NCBI GenBank assembly: GCA_035308805.1
Contig: DATGFZ010000537.1
Location: 1 to 50,640, forward strand
Direction of reading: 5' to 3'
DNA length: 50,640 nucleotides
Source of the DNA: Puia sp.
GTDB taxonomy: Bacteria > Bacteroidota > Bacteroidia > Chitinophagales > Chitinophagaceae
The notes below the pieces were generated by a model. That model was not told where the DNA came from and made no database searches. It saw nothing but the letters and a program-made list of their open reading frames with translations. The translations under genes and the position numbers were made by a program. Positions 28,083 to 38,713 of the stretch are shown here, in pieces (positions within the stretch are counted from its first letter, which is position 1; each line of letters starts with the position of its first letter).

Positions 28083-30917
28083 ATGGCTTTAGCCCAGGCA
28101 GAAAAAAAACGTCAGGATAATGCTGTCTCCAGCACATCCAAAGATGTTATTTTAATAAAGGGAGCGAGGGTCCATAATTTAAAAAATATCACGGTTGAAA
28201 TTCCCCGCAATAAATTAATTGTTGTTACGGGTGTTTCCGGTTCGGGAAAATCGTCCCTCACCATTGATACATTATTTGCTGAAGGTCAGCGCCGGTACGC
28301 GGAAAGTCTCAGTGCTTATGCAAGGCAATTTATGGCGCGCATGAATAAACCTGATGTTGATTATATAAAAGGATTGTGTCCCGCAATTGCCATTGAACAA
28401 AAAGTTATTACACGCACGCCCCGCTCCACGGTAGGCAGCATGACAGAAATTTATGATTACCTGCGATTGTTGTATGCGCGAATTGGAAAAACCATTTCTC
28501 CTGTTTCGGGTAAATTGGTCAAAAAAGATGATGTGAATGATGTAGTAGAAAAAATTGTGAGGTTAAAGGAAAATGATAAAGTGCTTATTCTTGTTTTATT
28601 CAAACAGCATAAAAACCGTGATGCAAAAGAAGAATTGAATATTTTATTGCAGAAAGGTTTTTCCAGATTGTACATCAATAAGGAAATTATTCGCATCGAG
28701 GATCTGCTTGAATTAAAGGAGACCGAGTTGAAAAAGAAACTCATTGCCCAGACATCAAACCGCTCGGCCTATATTCTGATAGACCGGCTTGTTGCGAAAG
28801 AATTTGATGAGAGCGATAAACATCGTATAGCCGACTCCGTCAGCACTGCTTTTTTTGAAGGGGAAGGAGACATGCTTATTGAAGTAAATGATGATAAGCA
28901 ATTTAATTTTTCTGATAAATTTGAACTCGACGGAATAAAGTTTGAAGAGCCTTCACCAAACTTATTTTCATTTAATAATCCCTATGGCGCTTGCCCGACT
29001 TGTGAAGGGTTTAGCCAGGTTTTGGGAATTGATGAAGATCTCGTTATTCCTGACAAAAGACTGAGCGTTTATGAAGGCGCCGTTGCACCCTGGAAAGGAG
29101 AGAAATTAGTTTGGTGGAAAGAACAATTTGTAAAAGCCGCAAAGAAATTCAATTTCCCGATTCACAAGCCGATCATTGATCTTACTAAGGAACAATACAA
29201 CATTTTATGGGAAGGTAACAATCATGCATATGGCATAAATGGTTTTTTTGAAGAGGTGGAACGTAATCTTTACAAAGTACAATACCGGGTGCTGCTTTCG
29301 CGATACCGCGGGCGAACACTTTGCCCGGAATGCAAGGGGTATCGTTTAAGAAAGGAAGCGTTGTATGTAAAAATTGGCAACAAAAATATTGGTGAATTGT
29401 GCGAAATGCCAGTGATGGGATTACAGAAATGGTTTGACGGAATTTCATTGGGTGATTTTGACAAAAAAGTGGCAAAAAGGATTTTGACAGAAATTAATCA
29501 CCGGCTAAAAACTTTGCTTGATGTCGGTTTGATTTATCTCACGTTAAATCGGTTGGCCAACACGCTCAGCGGGGGTGAAAGCCAGCGCATACAACTTACC
29601 CGATCGCTTGGCAGCAACCTGACCAATTCGTTGTATATTTTGGACGAACCTTCAATCGGTTTACATTCTCGCGATACGGAAAGATTGATTCGGGTGTTAA
29701 AAGAATTACGCGATCTGGGAAATACGGTAGTTGTTGTCGAGCATGACGAAATGATGATGCGCGAAGCTGATTATATTATTGATATGGGTCCCCTTGCCAG
29801 CCACCTCGGCGGCGAGGTGGTTGCGGCAGGTGACTATGCGGAAATAATTGCTAACAAAAAAAGCTTAACCGGGAAATATTTGACCGGTGAATTAAAAATT
29901 GAAGCACCGAGGACATTACGCAAGTGGAATCGTTCAATCATCATCGAGGGAGCAAGACAGCATAATTTAAAAAATATCACCGTTGAGTTTCCCTTAAATG
30001 TGCTGTGTGTTATAAGTGGCGTGAGCGGAAGCGGAAAGACCACTCTGGTAAAGCATATCCTGTATCCCGCTTTGCAGAAAATGAAAGGCGAATTTTCAGA
30101 TAAGGCTGGTTATCATAAGACCACTAAAGGGGATATTGAATATATTTCTCAAATAGAATTGATTGATCAAAATCCTATCGGGAAATCTTCACGCAGCAAT
30201 CCCATTACCTATATCAAAGCTTATGATGAAATCAGAGATTTATTTTCTAAACAACCGCTCAGTAAAATTCGCGGTTTTCTGCCAAAACATTTTTCATTTA
30301 ATGTTGATGGAGGGCGTTGCGACACCTGCAAGGGTGAAGGCGAGCAGGTTGTTGAAATGCAATTTCTCGCTGATGTTCACCTAGTCTGCGAAACCTGTCG
30401 CGGGAAAAGATTTAAGGAAGAGGTTTTGGAAGTTACCTATAATAACAAAAGCATTTTCGACATTTTGGAATTAAGTGTTGATGAATCTCTGGAATTTTTT
30501 AAAGAGGAAAAAGATATCGTGCACAAAATAAAACCGCTGAGTGATGTCGGGTTGGGTTATATTAAATTGGGACAATCTTCAGATACATTGTCCGGTGGTG
30601 AAGCCCAGCGTGTAAAGCTCGCATCCTTTTTAGGCAAAGGCAAAGCGCAAGGCCATATTCTGTTTATTTTTGATGAACCGACTACCGGGTTACATTTCCA
30701 GGATATAAAAAAATTACTTACTTCATTCAATGCATTAATTGAGCAGGGACATTCGATCCTTGTGATAGAACACAATACTGATGTAATAAAATCCGCTGAC
30801 TGGGTTATTGATCTCGGTCCCGAAGCTGGTGAAAGCGGCGGAAATATTGTTTATGCCGGCACTCCTTCGGGATTGAAAAAAGTAAAAGAGAGTTTTACTG
30901 GAAAGTTTTTGAGTTAA
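28083..30917 (+). CDS. uvrA: Excinuclease ABC subunit A
   Basis: [60 protein letters not shown] and CxxC zinc pairs. Start set at ATG 28083. Confidence 0.97.
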   Translation: MALAQAEKKRQDNAVSSTSKDVILIKGARVHNLKNITVEIPRNKLIVVTGVSGSGKSSLTIDTLFAEGQRRYAESLSAYARQFMARMNKPDVDYIKGLCPAIAIEQKVITRTPRSTVGSMTEIYDYLRLLYARIGKTISPVSGKLVKKDDVNDVVEKIVRLKENDKVLILVLFKQHKNRDAKEELNILLQKGFSRLYINKEIIRIEDLLELKETELKKKLIAQTSNRSAYILIDRLVAKEFDESDKHRIADSVSTAFFEGEGDMLIEVNDDKQFNFSDKFELDGIKFEEPSPNLFSFNNPYGACPTCEGFSQVLGIDEDLVIPDKRLSVYEGAVAPWKGEKLVWWKEQFVKAAKKFNFPIHKPIIDLTKEQYNILWEGNNHAYGINGFFEEVERNLYKVQYRVLLSRYRGRTLCPECKGYRLRKEALYVKIGNKNIGELCEMPVMGLQKWFDGISLGDFDKKVAKRILTEINHRLKTLLDVGLIYLTLNRLANTLSGGESQRIQLTRSLGSNLTNSLYILDEPSIGLHSRDTERLIRVLKELRDLGNTVVVVEHDEMMMREADYIIDMGPLASHLGGEVVAAGDYAEIIANKKSLTGKYLTGELKIEAPRTLRKWNRSIIIEGARQHNLKNITVEFPLNVLCVISGVSGSGKTTLVKHILYPALQKMKGEFSDKAGYHKTTKGDIEYISQIELIDQNPIGKSSRSNPITYIKAYDEIRDLFSKQPLSKIRGFLPKHFSFNVDGGRCDTCKGEGEQVVEMQFLADVHLVCETCRGKRFKEEVLEVTYNNKSIFDILELSVDESLEFFKEEKDIVHKIKPLSDVGLGYIKLGQSSDTLSGGEAQRVKLASFLGKGKAQGHILFIFDEPTTGLHFQDIKKLLTSFNALIEQGHSILVIEHNTDVIKSADWVIDLGPEAGESGGNIVYAGTPSGLKKVKESFTGKFLS

Positions 30918-31000
30918 GACCCCAAAGCATCAAAAGAAAGGAATAGGACAGAATTTCAGGTTTTCTTCTATAACATCTTGCTGATGTCCCTTTCATCCGT

Positions 31001-31426
31001 TCATCTTAGCTTATCCATGCTCTTCACTAATTTTTCATCTTTGTAAATTCCTCTTGCTGCCATGATATAAAAGAAAGCCATGACAAAAGGAATCAGTGCG
31101 CCCAAATGATAAGCACCCGATTGAAAATTATAAGCAGCTTTAAAATCTCCGGATTTAATGTATTCAAGAATTACAGCGAGAATGGAAAATAATAACCCAA
31201 CAATGGCTAAACGGAATTGCAGACTACGTTTCTTAAATAAAAAAATACAAACGATAGCCAGGAGACCTAAGCCAAATATTAACGGAAATAATAAAAAGCT
31301 ATCGGGGATAAAAAAGCTTTTCCTGGAATTATCCTGCAAATATCCTTCATATAACGGTAACGAATAACTGCAACAAGCACACCCTGCAACTAACAACAGC
31401 CAGATACTTTGAATGCGTTGGATCAT
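31001..31426 (-). CDS. DUF4293 family membrane protein
   Basis: MIQRIQSIWLL start, IFLFKKR..Q, C-terminal ARGIYKDEKLVKSMDKLR. Confidence 0.9.
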   Translation of the reverse strand: MIQRIQSIWLLLVAGCACCSYSLPLYEGYLQDNSRKSFFIPDSFLLFPLIFGLGLLAIVCIFLFKKRSLQFRLAIVGLLFSILAVILEYIKSGDFKAAYNFQSGAYHLGALIPFVMAFFYIMAARGIYKDEKLVKSMDKLR

Positions 31427-31929
31427 ATTTTTAAGATTTCTCAAAGATATTGAATTCATAAAAACTCGGTGGCGCTATTTGTGATGATCACAAAAAATGA
31501 CCGACGGGCAAATCCGAACCGTTTGTAAATGCAGAACTCCTTATGTTTAGGACCCCAACCGTTCCATTCAGCCTGCGGCCTACTCGCTTTTTTCGATGTT
31601 GTTATCTCAAAATGACATAATTGCAAACTGGAAGCATGATGAATTTATCCTGCCAACGAAATTTCGTATTTATCGTGACCGCTTTTTGCTCTTGCGCACC
31701 CCGGCTGGAACACTTAAGAATTTTCATACTTGCGAAGGGAGTGCCGGCACAGCAATAGCAAGAAATTTTATTGCCCTGGCCAAAGGTTTATTACCCTTGT
31801 TGTTCCGTTTGGGGTTTCGGAAAGCATTTCAATTCTAAAATAAGGCATGCCTGCATTGTCACTGTTTTTAAAATAAAGGAAACACTTAGATATTAATTTT
31901 TTTAGCTTCTTTTTTGTTGGTAAATTGGA

Positions 31930-32547
31930 ATGCCCCCAAAACTAACCATGAGCAACACCGTTATAATTCATAAAACCTCCGACGTTGAGTTAATTAACAT
32001 GCTGAAGGCATCGGGTATTGACAAAAAAAATGCAGAAGAACAATTATTCAATGCGTACAGTTATTTTATAAAAGAAGGTCAGCGAAAATATAAATTGTCT
32101 CACGATGAAGTTTTCGATGCTTATGCAGATGCCATGCTTGCCGTAATTGAAAAGATTAGAAATGATGCATTTAAAGGACTTTCTTCCATAAAAACATATC
32201 TCTACCAGATCTTTCATAATAAATGTGTTGACTTTTTACGAAAAAAGACGACAAATAAACAAAGCGTACATCAAACCGCTTCGATCTCTGAATCAATGTT
32301 CCAGCTTTCCGACTCAGCAAAATCAATTATCAATAAGCTGATGGAAAAGACAGATTTTGACCTCTTGAAACAAAAACTGAACGAGTTGGGCGACAACTGC
32401 CGGCAACTTTTGTTACTGTGGGCAGATGGGTATAGTGATAAAGAAATTGTTGGTAAACTGACCTACAAAACGGCTGATGTTGTGAAGACTACCAGGTTGC
32501 GATGCATGGATAAACTCCGACTGCTTTACAACACTAAACTTTATTAA
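31930..32547 (+). CDS. ECF sigma-70 factor of the CHAT cassette (start may be 31948)
   Basis: DEVFDAYADAM and SIKTYLYQIFHNKCVDFLRK (sigma2); LGDNCRQLLLLWADGYSDKEI...VVKTTRLRCMDKLR (sigma4). Confidence 0.9.
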   Translation: MPPKLTMSNTVIIHKTSDVELINMLKASGIDKKNAEEQLFNAYSYFIKEGQRKYKLSHDEVFDAYADAMLAVIEKIRNDAFKGLSSIKTYLYQIFHNKCVDFLRKKTTNKQSVHQTASISESMFQLSDSAKSIINKLMEKTDFDLLKQKLNELGDNCRQLLLLWADGYSDKEIVGKLTYKTADVVKTTRLRCMDKLRLLYNTKLY

Positions 32548-33278
32548 TGGGAAATTTGGAATACATAGAAAGTTATTTTTGCAATGAATTGTCTCCAGGC
32601 GAAAGGGTACAATTCGAACAAAAGATAATCAACGATAAGGTTTTTGCGGAGGAAGTTGCTTTTTATTGCAGTGCCAAACAAATGATAAAAAATGAATTGG
32701 ATTCCGAAAAGAAAGAACAGTTCAGAAAGATATATCAGCAAACTAATGCTTCTCATCAAAGCAAAATAAATGCTACAAAAATATGGTTGCTTTCTGCATC
32801 GGCAGCCGCCATTGTTGCCATTGTTTTTGGATGGTATTTATTTGAAAAGCCTGTTTCAACACCACAATTGGCTGATAAATATATACTAGAGCACTTTCAA
32901 ACATTAGGCATTAGGATGAGCAGCAGGCAAGACAGCTTGGAGATTGGCGAAGGTTTATACAATGATGGCAAATTTCCCGAAGCGTTACAACAATTTGAAA
33001 GAATCATTAAAAACAACACGGAAAGTTTTGAAGCAAAAAAATACGCGGGTATTGTTTCCCTCAAATTAAAGAATTACGACAAAGCATTAGCATACTTCTC
33101 ACAAATAGAAAACGATTCCGTTTTTTCCAACCCTGCAAAAATATACAAAGCAATTACCCTGATGGAACGAAACAATGCGGGCGACAAGGAACAGGCAAAA
33201 GAATTATTGCATCAGATAATTCAAAACAACCTTGATGAAAAGGAAACCGCGGCAGAATGGTTAAAGAAGAAATGGTAA
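32547..33278 (+). CDS. Putative anti-sigma factor: cytoplasmic N-domain, TM helix, periplasmic TPR
   Basis: Coupled to the sigma gene by TAATG. IESYFCNELSPGERVQFEQKI..D..FAEEV; TM IWLLSASAAAIVAIVFGWYLF; TPR-like GEGLYNDGKFPEALQQF and AGIVSLKLKNYDKALAYF. Confidence 0.8.
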   Translation: MGNLEYIESYFCNELSPGERVQFEQKIINDKVFAEEVAFYCSAKQMIKNELDSEKKEQFRKIYQQTNASHQSKINATKIWLLSASAAAIVAIVFGWYLFEKPVSTPQLADKYILEHFQTLGIRMSSRQDSLEIGEGLYNDGKFPEALQQFERIIKNNTESFEAKKYAGIVSLKLKNYDKALAYFSQIENDSVFSNPAKIYKAITLMERNNAGDKEQAKELLHQIIQNNLDEKETAAEWLKKKW

Positions 33279-33308
33279 TTCTATTTTATAATTTAAAAAC
33301 TTACAGCA

Positions 33309-33761
33309 ATGTCGAATGAAAAGTTATCACGAATCCCGTTTAATACAAAATCGGAGTATTATGCTGAACTGGAAAAATCATTGATATTAAACATCAGCAA
33401 TGTAATTGATTTTATAGGATTGGATTGGCTGCAACATTGGGCACCAATTTCTTTTAAAGATATCACTACTGCAGATCAAATTTCTGGTAGAAAAACCAAT
33501 ATAGAGCTAATTGCATTAGGACTACTTTTCCAGTATAATTTAAACCACCCTGAAGACCCCAATGTTCCTTATTCGCCCGGCGTAAAGTATTGGACTGACC
33601 ACGGGGACGGAACACAATCATATCATTTATTTCTTATACCACCGGTTACTTCTCAATTCCAACATGGTGGTGGTGGTGGCAAAGGCGCGCCTGCTGGCAC
33701 TTCTGGAGGTTCTTCCAGTGTTACGCCGCCTTCACCTCCTCCACCTCAGCCTCCCTATTGA
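33309..33761 (+). CDS. Hypothetical protein with Gly/Ser linker and C-terminal poly-Pro tail
   Basis: 30 nt after the anti-sigma stop, with an A-rich leader; ends GGGGGKGAPAGTSGGSSSVTPPSPPPPQPPY; no signal peptide visible. Confidence 0.8.
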   Translation: MSNEKLSRIPFNTKSEYYAELEKSLILNISNVIDFIGLDWLQHWAPISFKDITTADQISGRKTNIELIALGLLFQYNLNHPEDPNVPYSPGVKYWTDHGDGTQSYHLFLIPPVTSQFQHGGGGGKGAPAGTSGGSSSVTPPSPPPPQPPY

Positions 33762-33890
33762 TTGCCCGACACCATAGTAAACCATAATCATGCGGTGGGA
33801 ACAATCGAATCGGGCCACGCATTAACGGATAAGGTTCTGTAAGATTGTAGCGGAATTTACAGGATCTTCTTTAATCAAAGAATTTAATCA

Positions 33891-36734
33891 ATGGATCTGA
33901 GGAAAATCGTCTTTGTTTTGATTTGTTATTGTTGCTTCTGCAACCTTCTGTTAAATGTATCCGCGCAATGCCCGGGCAGCAATTCAGTATGGAAGAAAAT
34001 CTTATTACTCCGCGATTCTTCCAAACTTTCTCTTTCAGAGCGACTAAATTTATTGTCCATCGAAGAAAAAGAAATTAAAGATTGTCCTTACCATGATGAC
34101 TCTACACATGCTTTTATTCTGGAACAAATTGGACTGATATATGCAAAACAAGGCAATTTTATAGAGGGGATAGAAAAACTCAGACAGGCTAATGTAATCA
34201 TGAATGCCAATATCAATAAACCTTCAATTAATCCTAGGCGCCTTATTTCAAGTTATTATTGGATCTCGACTTTTTTCGATTCACTAAATCAGGTAAGCCA
34301 AAGAGTGCAATCGTTGGACAGTTGTGCAAAGCTGGCTATACAAATAAAATCTGTGGATCTTGTTTGCCTGTCCGCTTTGTACAAAAATCTTGAATATTAT
34401 TTTGATATTGGCGATTATCATCGTTGTATTGATTATGCAAATACCTGCGAGCATTTAAGCAAGGAGTTTGCACTTAAAGGGAACAAAAAAAATTTCGAGT
34501 ACGGCATGTGGTATGCATCGAGTACCCTTAGCTGGATAATCAATTCATTACTGCAACTAAAAAAATATGATGTTGCCGAAAAAATATTAACTGAAAAAGA
34601 GAAGGTTTATTCTACCGATCTGAAATATAGCCTTGGAGCCATTTATGAGCAACTCGCAGAAGTCCAACTTCACAAAGGTGATTATGAAAATGCGCTCAAG
34701 TTCTATAAACTTGGCTTTGCGGTCGAACGGAAAATGGGTGAATATCCCGGATGTGTAGCCATATTAAATAACATCGGTAACGTTTATATTGGGCAGTTTA
34801 ATGATACAGATACCGCATTGTATTATTATAGAAAAGCCCTTTCTTATGATAAAAGAATTACAGATAAAGCTGCGAGGGCGATTGAGTCATTAAATGTGCT
34901 TTCCAATATAGCTGATGCTTATGTTAAACAGCAAAATTTCGACTCTGCCTATATTTATTTTCAACTTGCATTCGACCAAATAAAACCGGGTATGGGAGAA
35001 ACAGAACTTAGTAAAATTCCTTTGAACGAACTTGGGCGCCAAAAAAAAATAGGTTATCTAACCAATAATTTAATAGATAAGGGAGATGCATTTCGTTATC
35101 AGTACGAGATCACCGGACAAACAAACGCGATTAAAGAAGCGGTTCATACTTATAAAACCACCGATGGATTACTTGATAGAATTAAGCTGGAACAATCTGA
35201 TATTGAATCGAAACTTTTCTGGAGAAGTGACAGCCGCAGGGTATATGAACATGCGATAGACGCTTGCTATTCCTATAATAATTTTGAGGATGCATTTTAT
35301 TTCCTTGAAAAAAGTCGCGCTGTTTTATTAAATGATCAGCTTAGGCAATTAGGTAGAAGCAATAACGATGATATCTTACAGCAGGCACAGATAAAGAAGA
35401 AAATATTACAACTGGAAAAAGATATAAGTTCTACAGACCCTATCTCAAAAAAGTATGCTGCATTGCAAACAGAACTTTTTACAGCCAAGCAGGAATCATA
35501 TAGAATTGAACGATCAATCAAAACACATAATCCTATTTATTATCAAAGTTTTCTGGACACAACATTTATCACGCTAAAAGATGTTCAAACAACATTATTA
35601 AAAGATCATCAGGCTTTAATTGAATTGTTTAATGGTGACAGTAGCGTTTATTCTTTATTAATTACTCCGCAACAAACATATCTTAACAAGATTGATAAGA
35701 AAGATTATGAACGGAGCATAAAATCATACATTTCTTTTGTTTCTTCCCCCGCGTTACTGAACAGACATTATGTAGAATATAATAAGATTGCATTTCATTT
35801 ATTTCAATTAATTTTTGGGAAAAACGGTTTGCCAGACAGTCGCATTATCGTTTCTCCCGGTGAAGAATATTTTCCATTTGAATCGCTCGTAACAAATTCA
35901 GATTTTCAATCGCCGGTTTATTTTTTGAATGAACACGCGGTGAGTTATACCTATTCCGCACGTTTTTTATTGAATGATTTTTCTGTTTCCAACAGATCCT
36001 CAAAGAACGATTTTCTTGGAGTTGCCCCGGTAAAATATGCTTCATCACTTTCTCTGCCGTCTTTAAACGGAAGCGATAAATCATTAAACGCGATTGAAAG
36101 GTATTTTGGTGCAACAGATAATTATGTTGCTGACAGCGCAACAAAAACCAATTTTACCAATCAATTTTCAAAATATAGAATCATCCAGTTATACACGCAT
36201 TCATCCGATACAAGCTCACGCAACGAACCGGTGATTTTTTTTCAAGATTCCGCTTTGTATCTCTCTGAATTGATTCCAGAAAATAAACCTTCTACGCAAC
36301 TCATCGTGTTATCGGCTTGCGAAACGGCAAACGGGCAACTCTATCGTGGAGAAGGAGTTTTCAGTTTTAATCGCGGATTTGCTGCGCTGGGTATTCCTTC
36401 CTCAGTGACCAATTTGTGGTCTGTTGATGATCAATCGACATACAAACTCACCGAGCTTTTCTATAAATACCTTGCAAGAGGATTGCCTTTGGATATTGCT
36501 TTACAAAATGCAAAAAAGGAATTTATACAAACTGGTTCAAAAGAATATTCATTGCCTTATTACTGGGCTGCGCCCGTATTGGTCGGGAAGACTGATGCGG
36601 TTGTATTGACCAATAACTTCTCACGGAAGATATTCTTTTTTTCAGCAGCGGTTTGTTTGCTTGTGTTTTTTGCAGTAAAATATTTTATAAGAAAAAGATC
36701 GGCGCAAAAAAATTTATCCCAGCTCGGGGTATAA
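33891..36734 (+). CDS. TPR-CHAT (caspase/HetF-like, clan CD) protease, exported and C-terminally anchored
   Basis: Signal peptide ...NVSA/Q; TPR repeats; [10 protein letters not shown]; FPFESL; IIQLYTHS (His); LIVLSACET (Cys); [11 protein letters not shown]; NLWSVDD; PYYWA; C-terminal TM followed by RKR. Confidence 0.92.
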   Translation: MDLRKIVFVLICYCCFCNLLLNVSAQCPGSNSVWKKILLLRDSSKLSLSERLNLLSIEEKEIKDCPYHDDSTHAFILEQIGLIYAKQGNFIEGIEKLRQANVIMNANINKPSINPRRLISSYYWISTFFDSLNQVSQRVQSLDSCAKLAIQIKSVDLVCLSALYKNLEYYFDIGDYHRCIDYANTCEHLSKEFALKGNKKNFEYGMWYASSTLSWIINSLLQLKKYDVAEKILTEKEKVYSTDLKYSLGAIYEQLAEVQLHKGDYENALKFYKLGFAVERKMGEYPGCVAILNNIGNVYIGQFNDTDTALYYYRKALSYDKRITDKAARAIESLNVLSNIADAYVKQQNFDSAYIYFQLAFDQIKPGMGETELSKIPLNELGRQKKIGYLTNNLIDKGDAFRYQYEITGQTNAIKEAVHTYKTTDGLLDRIKLEQSDIESKLFWRSDSRRVYEHAIDACYSYNNFEDAFYFLEKSRAVLLNDQLRQLGRSNNDDILQQAQIKKKILQLEKDISSTDPISKKYAALQTELFTAKQESYRIERSIKTHNPIYYQSFLDTTFITLKDVQTTLLKDHQALIELFNGDSSVYSLLITPQQTYLNKIDKKDYERSIKSYISFVSSPALLNRHYVEYNKIAFHLFQLIFGKNGLPDSRIIVSPGEEYFPFESLVTNSDFQSPVYFLNEHAVSYTYSARFLLNDFSVSNRSSKNDFLGVAPVKYASSLSLPSLNGSDKSLNAIERYFGATDNYVADSATKTNFTNQFSKYRIIQLYTHSSDTSSRNEPVIFFQDSALYLSELIPENKPSTQLIVLSACETANGQLYRGEGVFSFNRGFAALGIPSSVTNLWSVDDQSTYKLTELFYKYLARGLPLDIALQNAKKEFIQTGSKEYSLPYYWAAPVLVGKTDAVVLTNNFSRKIFFFSAAVCLLVFFAVKYFIRKRSAQKNLSQLGV

Positions 36735-37994
36735 AGGAAACTGTTGCATGAATTGATTTACATTTTTACGAATTGATTCCAATTCAGCGTCATCGTCTGC
36801 ATGCGTCAATGCTTTATCAATAAAATTTACGACTGTGTTCATATGCTCTTCTTTCATACCGCGTGTCGTGATTGCGGGAACGCCGACGCGAATGCCGGAG
36901 GTAACAAAAGCGCTCTTATCATCAAAGGGTACCATATTTTTATTAAGGGTAATGTCTGCTTTACCCAATACATTTTCAGCTTTTTTACCGCTGATATTTT
37001 TATTGCGAAGATCAATCAGCATTAAGTGATTATCCGTTCCGCCGGAAACAATATCATATCCTTTTTCTGTAAAAGACCGCGACATGCTCGCTGCATTGGC
37101 AATTATTTGTTTTGCGTACCCTGTAAATTCGTCACTTAAAATTTCTCCGAATGCAATTGCTTTTGAGGCGATAATGTGCTCCAGCGGACCGCCTTGCGTG
37201 CCCGGAAATACAGCCATATCAACCAGATTGCTCATCATCCGCGTATTTCCTTTTACGTCTTTTAAACCAAAACTATTTTCAAAATCTTTTTTCATCAGGA
37301 TAATTCCCCCTCGTGGACCACGAAGGGTTTTGTGCGTTGTAGAGGTTACAAAATGACAGTCCTCAAATGGAGAGTTCAATAAGTGTTTTGCGATCAATCC
37401 TGCCGGATGCGCCATATCGCACATGACAAACGCATTTACTCCATCTGCAATTTTCCTGATGCGCGCATAATCCCAATCCCTGCTGTATGCAGATGCTCCA
37501 CAAATAATTAATTTCGGCTTTTCTTTTTTAGCCATTTCTTCCATCATATCATAATCAACGTAGCCGGATTCTTTTTTAACCCCATAAAAAACAGGATGGT
37601 ACAGTTTACCGGAAAAATTCACCGGCGAACCATGTGTAAGATGCCCGCCCATACTCAGGTCAAGACCAAGAATTTTGTCTCCGGGCTGCAATATGCCCAA
37701 CATTAGGGCTGCATTTGCCTGGGCGCCGCTGTGTGGCTGCACATTGGCATATTCACAATTGAAAATTTGTTTTAGACGGTCTATGGCGAGCTGTTCACAT
37801 TCATCAACGATTTCACAGCCTCCGTAATACCTTCTGCCGGGATAACCTTCTGCATATTTGTTCGTCATTACGTTGCCCATCGATTGAATTACCTGCAACG
37901 ATGCAAAATTTTCCGATGCAATTAATTCAATACTGCGGCGCTGGCGTTCGAGTTCTTTGTAAATGAGACTGAAAACTAAAGTATCTTTTTGCAC
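36714..37994 (-). CDS. glyA: Serine hydroxymethyltransferase
   Basis: [45 protein letters not shown]; GTG start. Confidence 0.99.
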   Translation of the reverse strand: MQKDTLVFSLIYKELERQRRSIELIASENFASLQVIQSMGNVMTNKYAEGYPGRRYYGGCEIVDECEQLAIDRLKQIFNCEYANVQPHSGAQANAALMLGILQPGDKILGLDLSMGGHLTHGSPVNFSGKLYHPVFYGVKKESGYVDYDMMEEMAKKEKPKLIICGASAYSRDWDYARIRKIADGVNAFVMCDMAHPAGLIAKHLLNSPFEDCHFVTSTTHKTLRGPRGGIILMKKDFENSFGLKDVKGNTRMMSNLVDMAVFPGTQGGPLEHIIASKAIAFGEILSDEFTGYAKQIIANAASMSRSFTEKGYDIVSGGTDNHLMLIDLRNKNISGKKAENVLGKADITLNKNMVPFDDKSAFVTSGIRVGVPAITTRGMKEEHMNTVVNFIDKALTHADDDAELESIRKNVNQFMQQFPLYPELG

Positions 37995-38128
37995 AGTTTA
38001 ATAATTGATGATGGTTCGATGTTCATTGATTACTGCCCGCAAAAATAACCACATGCCGCGTATAAGCAAAAGATTAAAATAAACAACCGAACAAAAATAA
38101 ATGGCTATCTTCAAATTAAACGCTATTC

Positions 38129-38572
38129 ATGTATAAAATACCTGCACTGCAGTATATTGTTGTGCTTGGATTTGTTTGTTCCTGTTCCACTAGCCCCAAT
38201 ATTCAAACGGTTAAACACAGCTCTCCTTTACTTCATTGCGAAAAAATTTTTGCAGATAATACAGATGCCATAGATGAAAGAAACGAAATTTTGCTTCAAA
38301 CAGGAGTTATCGATACAACAGATGAACTGCCACCAATCGAGACAGCAATCATTAACATTGACAACGAGGAGATAATTTTAACCTTAAAAAAATCTTATAC
38401 TGAAAATGGTTATTCCATCGAAAAATATTCCGGCCAAAATTATGATTTGACACTGACTTATAAAAGGGACCAGAATAATAACGGCTCGGTTGCATACATC
38501 GGAAAATTCGTTATAGAAATTAATAAGCATAAGACGGAGTTTAGCATTGAAGGACGGAATTGTAATCTTTAA
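38129..38572 (+). CDS. Hypothetical lipoprotein
   Basis: Hydrophobic N-terminus with VCSC lipobox; fills the gap divergent from glyA. Confidence 0.7.
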   Translation: MYKIPALQYIVVLGFVCSCSTSPNIQTVKHSSPLLHCEKIFADNTDAIDERNEILLQTGVIDTTDELPPIETAIINIDNEEIILTLKKSYTENGYSIEKYSGQNYDLTLTYKRDQNNNGSVAYIGKFVIEINKHKTEFSIEGRNCNL

Positions 38573-38713
38573 CCCATTTGAAAAAAACAACTTTGTAGAT
38601 TTTTATGACTTTTGCAGGAAATATTTGCTTTGTTGGCAAATTCAAAACAGGTCTACTGCCCGCCCATATCTTCTAAAAAAATTGTAATTTAGACACTTAA
38701 TAATCGCTTGCAG

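Noticed and set aside
31596-31838. 80-aa ORF upstream of the CHAT-cassette sigma as a fifth component
   Set aside because: Poor translation-start context and no motif. It cannot be excluded without a homology search but is not supported.
31930-36734. Type III-E CRISPR (Craspase) locus
   Set aside because: No Cas7-11, cas1 or repeat array in the window, and the CHAT protein is predicted to be exported. Only the logic is analogous.
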